A DNA stretch of 63,890 nucleotides, the filler included, from Perkinsus chesapeaki ATCC PRA-425 (taxonomy: Eukaryota > Protista > Perkinsozoa): NCBI GenBank assembly GCA_013115145.1. It is 10 parts of 10 records of this genome, joined end to end, with 100 filler letters (N's around TTAATTAATTAA, not from the genome) between each part and the next. Parts side by side here need not be neighbours in the genome. Positions count along the whole stretch, not along the records: positions 36,869 to 54,046 come from JAAPAO010000686.1; positions 54,147 to 57,891 come from JAAPAO010001362.1; positions 57,992 to 61,591 come from JAAPAO010001383.1; 7 more parts are not named here. One strand, 5' to 3'. The position numbers and the translations under genes were made by a program. The notes beneath the pieces were generated by a model. It had not been told where the DNA came from, did no database searches, and saw only the letters and a list, made by a program, of their open reading frames with translations. Below are positions 48,201 through 58,760 of the stretch, piece after piece. Every line of letters starts with the position of its first letter. The first letter of the stretch is position 1.

Positions 48201-51200
48201 CAGGGTTTATCACTTCACAGTGACTCCTGTATAATCCATTTCCCTATCTATTACCAATGTAAGCCCTCCTCTAGCTGATCGATCCTCCCCTCCCTGTATC
48301 GCTGAGCCAATAGCTATTACCGATGTTGGATCTGGAAGACCTACAGGAGAATACATTTCTCAGAGTCCCAATCGGCAAGCTGTCGAGTAGCCGTTTATAT
48401 ACGAAGGGATCTAGGTACGCTTAACGGTATGGTGGCAATATAGTATTTCATACATTACATACATTGAAGTCCAATATTTATAATCAATGACATTCCGTAT
48501 ACATAGTTATATGTTTATCAAATACCTTACTGGTGGATACATCACCATTATATAAATGATCATATTATATAATACAGTACGCGTCATCTAGAAATGCGCA
48601 AACTTGGCGGGCAGTTTTCTCAACACCCATAACGAGTTCCCTTCTGATTCCTTCACCGTTGAAATCCCCATACTCGATTACCCAAGAATCCAACTTGCGC
48701 AGTTATATATGTATTATTATTAAACACTGTACAACATACATTATTACACATTATTATTAAATACATGTCTGACGCACAGTCTAAGCTGGCACGAAGGTTA
48801 ATAGAAATAAGTTCCATCAACTTTCAGAACGATATTGCGGAAAAAGCAAACAGTATGACCTTGATGTCCATTTATTATATACCCACAGGAGGATCATATA
48901 CATTACTATTATGTATAAGTATTATAGAAACCACTTTCATTATTAGATGGTTTCTCATCACACGCACTGTTGTTATTAACAATATGACAACTAAGATATT
49001 CAACAATTTGTAAAATATCTTACTATTGAATACATTACCACTAATAACGGCCGATTCGGCAGAGCATAATGCTTATTTATTAGTGAATGAACTAGTAGCA
49101 GTATTATATATTATTATATATTAATTACAATACTATTATATACGTTGGTAGTATTATCCCCTCTCCCTCCTCCATAGTACCTTCCATATCAGACATGAAT
49201 GTAGCATCCAAGATGACCTCATCCGGTTTCATCCTGTACTGAGCCAACACCGTCCCTGAATCATTCAAAACAAATGCCAATCAAAGACAATGGCATCATC
49301 ACGGTGACAAAAAGCCTACAACTTTACACAATACTGAAATAACCTACCCCCGGGGTCCTCTACTACCCCACAGTGCACGCTAATTTATTTAAATTATTTT
49401 ACAATAACCAGTACCAATATATACCTATGCAGATATATATTATACTAACATCGTTATACTTGCCCTATCGCGAGAAAAAACTGCTTCGCTCCGCCTGCCC
49501 GCCCAGTTACTACTCATATCAGCTCTCGATACAACTCGTAATTGATAACGATCTCGCATCCTCACCACCGGACACTCATCCTTAGCCATAGCCGTAGGGG
49601 CAATCATATCCTCTATGGAGAAGTCACCCGTCGACAAACCTAACCATGCATTCTCACAGTCACGCGCCGCTTAATTCTAGGTACCGCTCTGCGCCGCAAA
49701 TTCCTGTGATAGTTCCAAAATGTGCTCCGGCAGCCCGCTCGCCTCCTGGTGGTCCCACTCCTGCCGCGTCGCAACAACCGCCACGGCCGACGCGCCGCCA
49801 GCACACAAATGTGGTGTCTCCTGCACATGAGTGATAAACTTATTATGTAACAATATGACAAGGTACTTGCTGGCCGGAGGCGGGAATTAGGGCACATGGA
49901 ATCGGTCTGGCAATGTCGAAATGGATTATGCCAGACTCTAGAGTCGAGCGGTCTTCAACTGCTGAGGCCTTCTTGGATCTGAAAAAGAGGAGTAGGCTGG
50001 AAGGAGCTTGGATTCGGTAAAAAGAAGGGTTGCTGCTGCTATTGCTGCTGTGTGAAAATGACGATCCGAACAATTGCCTATAAGTGATCGATGCAGCTAG
50101 ACTCTAGGTCCAAGAGTCTAGACTCTAGGTCCTTCCTTCTGGCTTCATAAGTGTCCCTATGTGAATCCCTAGTCCACTAGTGTCCCTATGTGAATCCCTA
50201 GTCCACTAGTGTCCCTATGTGAATCCCTAGTCCACTAGTGTCCCTATGTGAATCCCTAGTCCACTAGTGTCCCTATGTGAATCCCTAGTCCACTAGTGTC
50301 CCTATGTGAATCCCTAGTCNNNNNNNNNNNNNNNNNNNNNNNNNNNNNNNNNNNNNNNNNNNNNNNNNNNNNNNNNNNNNNNNNNNNNNNNNNNNNNNNN
50401 NNNNNNNNNNNNNNTATGTGAATCCCTAGTCCACTAGTGTCCCTATGTGAATCCCTAGTCCACTAGTGTCCCTATGTGAATCCCTAGTTCACTAGTGTCC
50501 CTATGTGAATCCCTAGTCCACTAGTGTCCCTATGTGAATCCCTAGTCCATTAGTATCCCTTCCTGAGTGAATGATGGGCACTTATATCGATAGTAAACTT
50601 GATATTACAGCACCCATAACAGACTATTCCACCTCGCGACATCAACCCCTCACCATCTTGTTCAATTAATAAATATAAAACCAGTAAAGCAGCAAGCTGG
50701 AGGTATGTGCACACCCTTACTCAACCGTAAGCCAGCGCTGCTTCCACCGCCGACATGCTCTTCAATAGTCGCACAGACTTCTAACCAATCCGGCTGCCAA
50801 GCCACAGGCCTTACCTCTCCTCATCTTCATGATCATCACCATCTACACCTCCCATTAATACGTCATGGTCATCTACCGCCATTGCTGGTCCGTCGACCTG
50901 ACATAAATACACTCACAGAGAATCGTACCAAAGACCTTCCGATACACAGCCCGGATTCTTACCACTACGCCATTTACTCCCTTATCCTTCTCGAACGAGG
51001 AGGCTTCTTCATCCTCGCCTGCTGGAGCTTGGAAGCTCGAGAACTGGTAGAGCACCAAATCAACGTCAACTGAAACACCCGAATAAACCACCTCATCGGA
51101 ATGTCACTTCTCACCCTTCTCAACATCATCCCCGCTGCTCGCCAGCTGAACTGTTATCAGCCCATCCGGATTGTACTTCGTGTTCAACGCCGCTGCCGAT

Positions 51201-53520
51201 ACCGTCCCTGTTGGCCCAACAGGATGAACGAATCTGACGTCATGCGAACGACCCTGGTTCAAATCCCAGTGAGGGCCTCTTTTCTTTACATCTCTTCGCT
51301 GCGGCTCTTCACAACAACTAACGGTGGTGCTCGAGCACTCGGTATCAACAGCAGACCCTCCTCCTCGTACGATCCCAGTTTCTCAAACCGTGTTACCATC
51401 GCCGAAGATGTCTAACAGTATCCATAGGGCCCTGGTTCAATTCCCAGGCCCTCCATTTTTACCCAAATAGGTGTGTCTTCCGTCGATGAGTTCATCTCCG
51501 CCACCAACCCGCAGTTCTTATGCTCCACCATTTGGAACGAGTACGAGAAGCTCTCCTGCAGCGGCCGCCCTGGGCACGGGAATGACCGATATCTACAACC
51601 AAAAATGGCCCATTTTAAATGGGGAACAAAAAACGCTTCGCTCCGCCTACATCAGTGGCGGCCTGTTCCGTATCATGACAACCAGCACTGGCAGGTCTCC
51701 AAGCCAGTGCAACTGCACCGCTGCAACCACCGACGAGGCGTCTATCGGCGGGGGAGCTGCCGGCGGGGCAATCGGCCTGACAAAAAAACTTCGCTCCGCT
51801 AGGATTCTTCACCGATATTCACCTCGAGGTTGGATCAGTTATCGAAAGGAACAAGTTGGTCGTCTTCGGTCTCGGATGCATCAGCGGTGGCGCCACAGCG
51901 ATGCACGCAACATCGAAAACAAGCACTGGAGGCATCGATGAGACATCATAGCTGAGACCATGAAAAGTATCCAAAATCTTCACAGTGCGAAAAAACTCCC
52001 TTACATTTTAACAGCGCTGGTCTCCTGCTCCACCAAGGTAAGATACGTCGACATTTTCCCCCCGCTAACATGTGCTGATGCCCACAGTGGCGGAGTCGAC
52101 GAGTCAGAGCCTTCCGGAACTCCAATATTGTCCGTCGGGATATCCTTGAACGAACCATCAATGTGGCGGAACAAGCCCAATGTGCCTGTCCGAGTAGGAT
52201 AACAAACATCTTCGACCACCAAAGATGAAACCTTGCTCGAGAGTTTGATGAAGCGAAAACGAGCAATGTGAAACGCTCTCAAAAGGGAGACATCTGCCTC
52301 CCTCTGCTATCCTGCATGGTGACTAGCGGGACTCTCCTATAGTCGCGAACCATTTCTCTGTCAACCAATAACTCCGATTTGATATCCACACCATCAGAAG
52401 CACCGAAATCATCTCCGCCACACACTGTTAAAGATCGGGTTTTCCCTAATTCGTCCAGCTTCGTTTGCGACCATTATAAACAAGTGACAAGTCCAGGGAT
52501 CGAACCTGCGTGTGTCTTACCATCGTCCATGACTGCAGCGACGAACTCCTCATTGATGCTCGCTTGCTTGCACGGCATACCAAAGTGAAGGACCATCTCC
52601 GCAGTCGACGAGCCCACAGGTAACCGTCGTACCCCCAGCGGTGTAACCTACATAATTTCGTGGCGCAGTGACGATGAACCGCCTGCTCACCATATAGTAA
52701 CACCCTCCCATTTTCCCAACATCCAATGCGGATTCCGGCGTCCGGAAAACCTCGCTAATAGACGAAGTCAAATCCAACAGTACTGAGCCTTCCTGTGTAC
52801 CCAGACTCAATACCTGAGGAGCAACAGCTAGAGGTGTCAGAATAATATCCATGCGACCACGAAGATGAGTTACATCATCTACACAGGGATATAGGTCAAC
52901 CCAGCAGCCCTTGAGCCTCTCCACCTAAGACCTTAACACTCGGGGCGATAAGTAAGTAGCTTTCAGATTCTAGAGGGCAAACAAAATACGTCTTCGGGTA
53001 GTAACTAGCTCAGCTAATGTAATTCAGTTGGTAAGTTGTTCTCGGTGATTCTAGAAAAGGAGGAAATGACAGGAGTAATTTCATATACGGTAGATTGCTC
53101 CCCTCCATCATTAACCCTACCCTACGTAATTTCATATACGGTAGATTGCTCCCCTCCATCATTAACCCTTCCCTACGTAATTTCATATACGGTAGATTGC
53201 CCCCCTCCATCATTAACCCTTCCCTACGTAATTTCATATACGGTAGATTGCCCCCCTCCATCATTAACCCTTCCCTAGGTAATTTCTCATTAATAATCAC
53301 TACCAACTGCTACATAACCAAGCTTCATCAGAACAACACCTCACTGAGTTGAGAGACACTCAAAAAGTGACTCGCCCAGTCGAGTTCGAACTTCTTCTTG
53401 CCATTCATTCACGTTCTATTCCCGCGCCTTAACTTACCCCGTATTGATATTCACCATCATCAATCGCCCATAGTGAACTACTTCGTAAGGTATCCAAATC
53501 GATCGAGCTGGATACAGAAC
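45300..53520 (-). CDS. CPSF1: CPSF160/CPSF1-like (DDB1/CPSF-A beta-propeller family), many exons; N-terminal exons absent from this contig, 3' end approximate
   Basis: Exons encode YMVTPLGVRRL..ASINEEFVAAVMDDG, LIPSARAPPLVVVKSRSEEIFVHPVG, KRGPVTSVRPWRQHLIISIGFRIFMYKW and ITSLCTVKNYILAGDAIRGLQF, collinear with recalled CPSF160 sequences. Confidence 0.75.
45601..45835. repeat. 38-bp minisatellite, about 6 copies
   Basis: Unit AGGTTAAC(A/G)AT(T/G)GTAAAGTAGCATAAACTATAAAATAC. Confidence 0.93.
46424..46757. repeat. Compound repeat built on ATCAACACT, spanning an N gap
   Basis: Alternating ATCAACACTATCAACACTATTATGG and ATCAACACTAACAAGG units. Confidence 0.93.
50150..50560. repeat. 29-bp minisatellite spanning an N gap
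   Basis: Unit AGTGTCCCTATGTGAATCCCTAGTCCACT. Confidence 0.95.
51234..51289 (+). other. tRNA 3'-end fragment filling a 56-nt intron of the minus-strand CPSF160-like gene (antisense)
   Basis: CCTGG TTCAAAT CCCAG TGAGGGC C TCTTTTCTTT-AC; exons join in frame (SEE-I-FVHP). Confidence 0.7.
51412..51462 (+). other. tRNA 3'-end fragment filling a 51-nt intron of the CPSF160-like gene (antisense)
   Basis: CCTGG TTCAATT CCCAG GCCCTCC A TTTTT-AC; exons join in frame (TPIW/TSSAM). Confidence 0.72.
52446..52520 (-). other. 75-nt intron of the CPSF160-like gene with a sense tRNA 3'-end fragment
   Basis: GTAAG acacac GCAGG TTCGATC CCTGG ACTTGTC A CTTGTTT..AG; exons join in frame (MDD-G-KTRSL). Confidence 0.62.
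53075..53286. repeat. 51-bp minisatellite, about 4 copies
   Basis: Unit GTAATTTCATATACGGTAGATTGC(T/C)CCCCTCCATCATTAACCCT(A/T)CCCTAC. Confidence 0.93.
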
Positions 53521-53563
53521 CTGATAATATTATGATTTTAAAAGATCTAATGTAAATCGGACC

Positions 53564-54046
53564 ATGCGCTTTCTCAACAAGGTTTCACTGCCAACCCCCG
53601 AGGCGGTTGCTGCAGTGGCGCGAGAGTACTCCAGGACAACAAGGACAGTCGACATTAAGTGGTGGAAATCGGACCATGCTTCTGCCTACAGGCAGGTACC
53701 TTGCAACTGTGATTCTCATAAGGTGGGTCCAATCCTCAGCCGAGAGCTCGTCAAGTAGTTGTTTCTACAGGTAACGGTCGTTCTGCTTAGAGATCCTTCC
53801 AACGGAAAGGCCGCGGCTTTCTACCACGTTGCTCAGCCGTTTGGGGCCTCCAGCTCCGTAATTAATTATTGCCGCGTTTCGCAAGCCCTGGCCCATCTGG
53901 GGAGGGTAGTCCTGGCGGTGCCCCTAGTCAATTTTCTGGATGATTATTTCGCGCCAGAGCGCGCTTCTTCCGTGGAATCTGGCTATGAGGCTTGGCGGTG
54001 GCTCCATGAGATTCTTGGTTGGACGTTGAAAGAATCGAAGTGCGTA
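53564..54046 (+). mobile_element. DIRS/Ngaro-like reverse transcriptase fragment, with an apparent 48-nt spliceosomal intron (53723-53770)
   Basis: KSDHASAYRQVP..QPFGASSSVINYCRV..VNFLDDYF..LGWTLKESK; the only stop codon lies inside the GT..AG segment. Confidence 0.72.
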
Positions 54047-54355
54047 NNNNNNNNNNNNNNNNNNNNNNNNNNNNNNNNNNNNNNNNNNNNTTAATTAATT
54101 AANNNNNNNNNNNNNNNNNNNNNNNNNNNNNNNNNNNNNNNNNNNNTATATAATGTTGTTCGATTGTCCTTTATTTTTACACTAGTAAAATGTTATTATA
54201 TAATCTTGTTCGATTGTCCTTTATTTTTACACTAGTTACATGGCAAGAGTACATCAAATGAAAATTCTTTATGTACTCGCCTCTCTATGAACAGCCATTC
54301 TCCTAGTCGTTCCATAAATTGACTCGTCTATGTGGCTTGATTAATCCTTTCCCAG

Positions 54356-55456
54356 ACCCCTCCTCGTGAGGCTGGCTATGCCCTGGCATGTACCCCATCT
54401 TATCGGGTTGGCCTAACAGAGCCTCCCGAATGTAGCGGACAAACCAACGAGGCTGACACCATGATAAGCCTTTACTTCAGCAACGTGTATATCGAACAGG
54501 AAGTGTAAGAGCCTGCCGCCCGGGTTCGATCCTCGGCAGGGTCATTTTCAGTGGATTTACTCTGGCCATTCAAGTGGTGAATCCTGGAGCCGCGCCGCAG
54601 CCTGATCCGGAGACAGGTCTCAGCGGCAATGCGTTTGGTATTGTCGTTAGGGACAAAGAAGGGAATACTATTGATGCTAATATGATGGTCGAAGGAATGG
54701 TAAGCGCAGCTTCACGATTCTATTGGCAACTTCATCTGCCTTATGCGAGCAAGGCAGTAAGATGAGCAGCAGCCGAGTGGGCTGTGAGCTGAGCCCACAA
54801 TGTTATTGTTGTTGCCGGCAGGGAATAGTATTCTTGAGCTCCGGAGCTAGTCCCGTCTCGCATGGCTTTAAGAGCTTCAACGTGGACTACTTCATCACGG
54901 TTTTCCACTAGAGACCGTGGCAGCACTATCAACTTGGGCAATTGTACAAATGTGTTTGCGTTATTGTATAAAGTTATTCGTGCACTTGCTAATATTACTC
55001 TTTAATCCTAAACTAATTGTTTCTCCCGATTATCTGTCCAAAGTATCGGTCATTTAGGACCTCCTCAATATCCCACTGGTTGGCTTCGCTCTGGCATGGG
55101 ATTCTGTTGAGGCTCAAAGCGTATCTAAGCTGCAAGTTGTTCTCAAGATTACCCGGAATATGAATCCGGGAGAGGTTCTTGAGCTACAGGTGAGTATGCG
55201 ACCATTCCCGCCTCACACTACCGTGTCAGATTGAAGCTCCTCAAGACGTGGCGTTCGCCGCACCTTCCAGCGTCGTGCTGCCTGAGAATCTTCCGGCCTC
55301 GGATGTTGCTCCGGTGGGGTTATTTTTGCTGTTGGTAAGCTGATCGTTATTCAGGTATCGGTTGCTGGAAATCGCCTCATTATTCGTCTCAATAGGGAAT
55401 CTGAGACGCAGACATTAGTGGGAACCACACAAGTCAACGGCCTCCGGGAAGGAACC
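54356..55456 (+). CDS. Multi-exon hypothetical protein fragment (beta-rich, extracellular-like)
   Basis: Exons 54356-54504, 54552-~54698, ~55058-55188, ~55230-55313 and ~55355-55456 with canonical splice sites; the first junction was checked in frame. Confidence 0.55.
54505..54551 (+). other. 47-nt intron with a tRNA 3'-end fragment
   Basis: GTAAG agcctgccgc CCGGG TTCGATC CTCGG CAGGGTC A TTTT CAG; exons join in frame (EQEV/GFTLAI). Confidence 0.75.
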
Positions 55457-57064
55457 GTGAGTTGCCAGTTTCCTAGTAGTTGCGCACCCACCAATTGTGC
55501 AGTATTGAACTGAACGTGTGTGCGATCTCATAGATCAATGTCGGGAAGGATTCAACAGTTTACGTGACCACTTCTGGTTCGTGTAACTTGTATCTGAGTT
55601 CCCTCTCTCGCAACATCTATTTATTCCATACAGTGGGCTGAAGTATGTTAAAAATGCTAGTGAGAGCCTGTATCTAGGTTTGCCTGGTTCCGAAACTTTC
55701 GAAGCTGAACGCCCTGTCAGGTATTGATAAGCTTCGCTGTGAAGAATCCGTCCCAACTGCCAAATTCGAATTACTGGATCCTTAAGATGTTCGGCGAGGA
55801 TCGCGGGCTCGTGTTCCAGCACGTTTTCGAAGGGTACGTAGCGAGATGGTATTATCTCTAGGTTCCCTTCTGTCTCAGGTATCAGTACGGCCAGCAGTCC
55901 TCAGTGCCGTATACCGCCACGGGGCCGTCTGGACCGAGCGCTGACTCCACGTCGCCAATTAGTTATTATATTAAAGTTCTCAGTACTGTCGAAATATTAT
56001 TGTGCATGATACTCACAACTCACTAAGTGGAGTTATTCACCATAGTGTAACATACAAGCTGATGTCAGAAAGTAGCCTTGTACGGGAATGTTGAGTTAAC
56101 ATAGTGAACAACCATATCGTTTCCGACTCGCACATATTCGACTGGCGCGCAGCAAGTATCCGCGAAATCTTGAGCTCGTCCAACGACGCGCTCTATCATA
56201 TCTGCTTCCCTCGTCCAGTCGTATTACCAACCAGACGGGATGCTCCTTAGATTTGGGACGAAATTACCTACTCGTGGTTTTTTCCTCCCGTTATTAATCT
56301 AAGCTCGTTCTACCGGGATGGCCTTCCGAGCCACTAATTGCACGAGATCAACCACTACGCCGCGGACGCAGTGAATCGAATCACGTCTCTATCATTGATA
56401 GACTATCACGAGGGCTCAAACACGAAGAGAGCTGGGGTTGCTCGTGGGATCACGCTGCACATTGTCCGCTAATGGTATCGAGTTAATACCAGTAACTTAA
56501 CACCATTAAATTGATAGTATACCGCCTTGGCAAACGAGATTCGTAACCAACTCAACAGGAAGTATCTCAAAAAACGGAACAGCATCCAGCTATCCTCATA
56601 CGGATACGTGGTCGGACCGTGGTCCTCAAGCCACTTTCGAGCTGAAAAACCGATTGCATGTAAAACATATCTCGATCGATACATACGAATATAGGCACAT
56701 AATCGAGCCGGACGTATAAAACGCGAGTGCTCATTTATGGCCATACAAGCCGCCAAAAAGCTAACCTCACAGCCACGCAGGGCCGCAGACTAGCATATAT
56801 TAAAGTGCCCAAAGTTAGATAAAACGGAAATAAACCACCTCTACCAGAGTCAGAAGGCTAGAAACAGAATTTCCCGGTGAGAGAGGTAAAACGTAAACAA
56901 ACCAATGCTTTTGAAGGAAAACGGATGGAACAGAATACGCAGATTGTCGCATGTTACAAATGCGGCAAGCTGTGTACATGGAAACCATTTAGAAGACAAA
57001 CCCGGCCTAAACCTTTGGATCACAGCGACTCTATGGCAGTCCATGCTGGACCATCGTGAGATAC

Positions 57065-57850
57065 TTAGAATAGCACTGGACCGACAGACCATATCACGTA
57101 GCGATGCCCCCAGCGAGGCCTCCAGAATATGAGATTGACCCAAGCTGACAAGGTGACTCCAGAAGAGAACTGCCACTTATTAGGAAGATGATCAGCAGTA
57201 GCGGCAACTATGTCTAAATAGATGCTCGCACCTGCTATCAGAATCGAGTGGCTTACTCCGATCTGACCGTATACCGTGATAGTGTTGTTTGGAGCAGCAG
57301 TCACACCAAGTTCTCCACTGATAGTGAAATCTATGATACTGCCAATAACCGGTAGATCAACGTCAAATGATACAGACGCCCCTACACTGGCCGAAAAGGA
57401 TAACGAATGATTTGAGTAATGTACGCCACCCTTCGCCGCGAGGCATACCGTTATAGACAAGGAGATACCTTCACCTTCTTGCCAGATAATAGCGCAACCA
57501 GAGGCCTTCAATGTTAAATCCAGAACGAGATTGTGGTTATCGGGGGTTAGTGAAATGGAGAAGGCCAAGGCGAGCTGTGCCACTCGGCCTGGTTTAACGA
57601 CGTCCGGGAGACGTATACCAACGCTGAGACTAAAGCTCGCTTCGAACCCACTGCCAGCGGCATTGACGAAAATACAGAACTCGTCCTTATTGGTGCTGTT
57701 GTCGCATGACGAAGGATACTGGAATTGGAAGAGAGTCATAAGCCTTCGAACCTCGGGAGATTTCCGGTTGAAGTACGTGGCTGCAGCTGAGCCTTCCTCA
57801 ATAGTGAAATAAGGTATCATATTTGAAGAGCGAAGATGACGGTGAGGCAT
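57065..57850 (-). CDS. Beta-strand-rich hypothetical protein, probably 5'-partial
   Basis: 261-codon intronless ORF with alternating hydrophobic/small residues and a Trp-rich C-terminus. Confidence 0.65.
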   Translation of the reverse strand: MPHRHLRSSNMIPYFTIEEGSAAATYFNRKSPEVRRLMTLFQFQYPSSCDNSTNKDEFCIFVNAAGSGFEASFSLSVGIRLPDVVKPGRVAQLALAFSISLTPDNHNLVLDLTLKASGCAIIWQEGEGISLSITVCLAAKGGVHYSNHSLSFSASVGASVSFDVDLPVIGSIIDFTISGELGVTAAPNNTITVYGQIGVSHSILIAGASIYLDIVAATADHLPNKWQFSSGVTLSAWVNLIFWRPRWGHRYVIWSVGPVLF

Positions 57851-57991
57851 CCAGTCCTTTACTTCAGTAGGTAGACATGCGTCAGATGGTANNNNNNNNN
57901 NNNNNNNNNNNNNNNNNNNNNNNNNNNNNNNNNNNTTAATTAATTAANNNNNNNNNNNNNNNNNNNNNNNNNNNNNNNNNNNNNNNNNNNN

Positions 57992-58760
57992 CTATCGTGT
58001 GGCTGCTATCCAATATGGTGTTGGTTCAGAACTTGAGCCCGATGAATGGGAAGGCTGCAACTCTCGTGAGCTTCGTATCATCCACGACTACGAGGACGTT
58101 ACATGCCATGCCGATATTTTCCAAATGCTAGAGTCTGATGATCCCAGTGGCGAATACTGTCGGTCCTGTCCGGGCTACAGCGACGGCCTTGTCACAATTT
58201 GCCGTGATTTCAATGATGACGCTTGCGGTCTCTACGACGACTATTTCCCAACTAAATGGGACAAGCAAGATGGAGGCGACGTGAAGATACCAAATCGTGT
58301 CGATGCTGCTCTGAAATCTAATTTTGGTTCTTTCTCATGGGACCTTCTTAACTTGAAGAATATTCCTGGTAACTACGAATTTAACCATTACATACTTGTT
58401 GTCGGCAACGCTTCAATGACTAACAGTTCTGTTATGGCTGCTGTCAACCTAAGAGGTTCGGATTTCGAACAGGCCAAGCCCGTAGTGGGCCAAGAAGAGA
58501 TATTTGGTAGCGCCGTAAGTGTAGTTGTAGATAAATTAGTTCCTGTCAACTGGCCTCTGGCATCTGAAGTGGTGAAGTCTTATCATTTTGACACATATGC
58601 TGTCTCCGTGATTATAACCATTATATCTCTTTTTTGTGTGTTCTTAATTGTGTACTGTTTTTTCAGAGGAAGTAGATTTCAAGTTTCAAATGGTGACGAA
58701 GACAATACTGAGTCTCCAAATAGTTTTCTAAATCTGATAAATGTCACTAAACGCGAATAA
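57992..58760 (+). CDS. LicD-family paralog A, 5'-partial, with a C-terminal TM helix
   Basis: Aligns with the C-terminal half of 59364-60653 (GSELE.D.WEGC..E.R, CH.DIFQML, KVPN..LNNLK.VPGNY); TM segment near the C-terminus. Confidence 0.78.
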
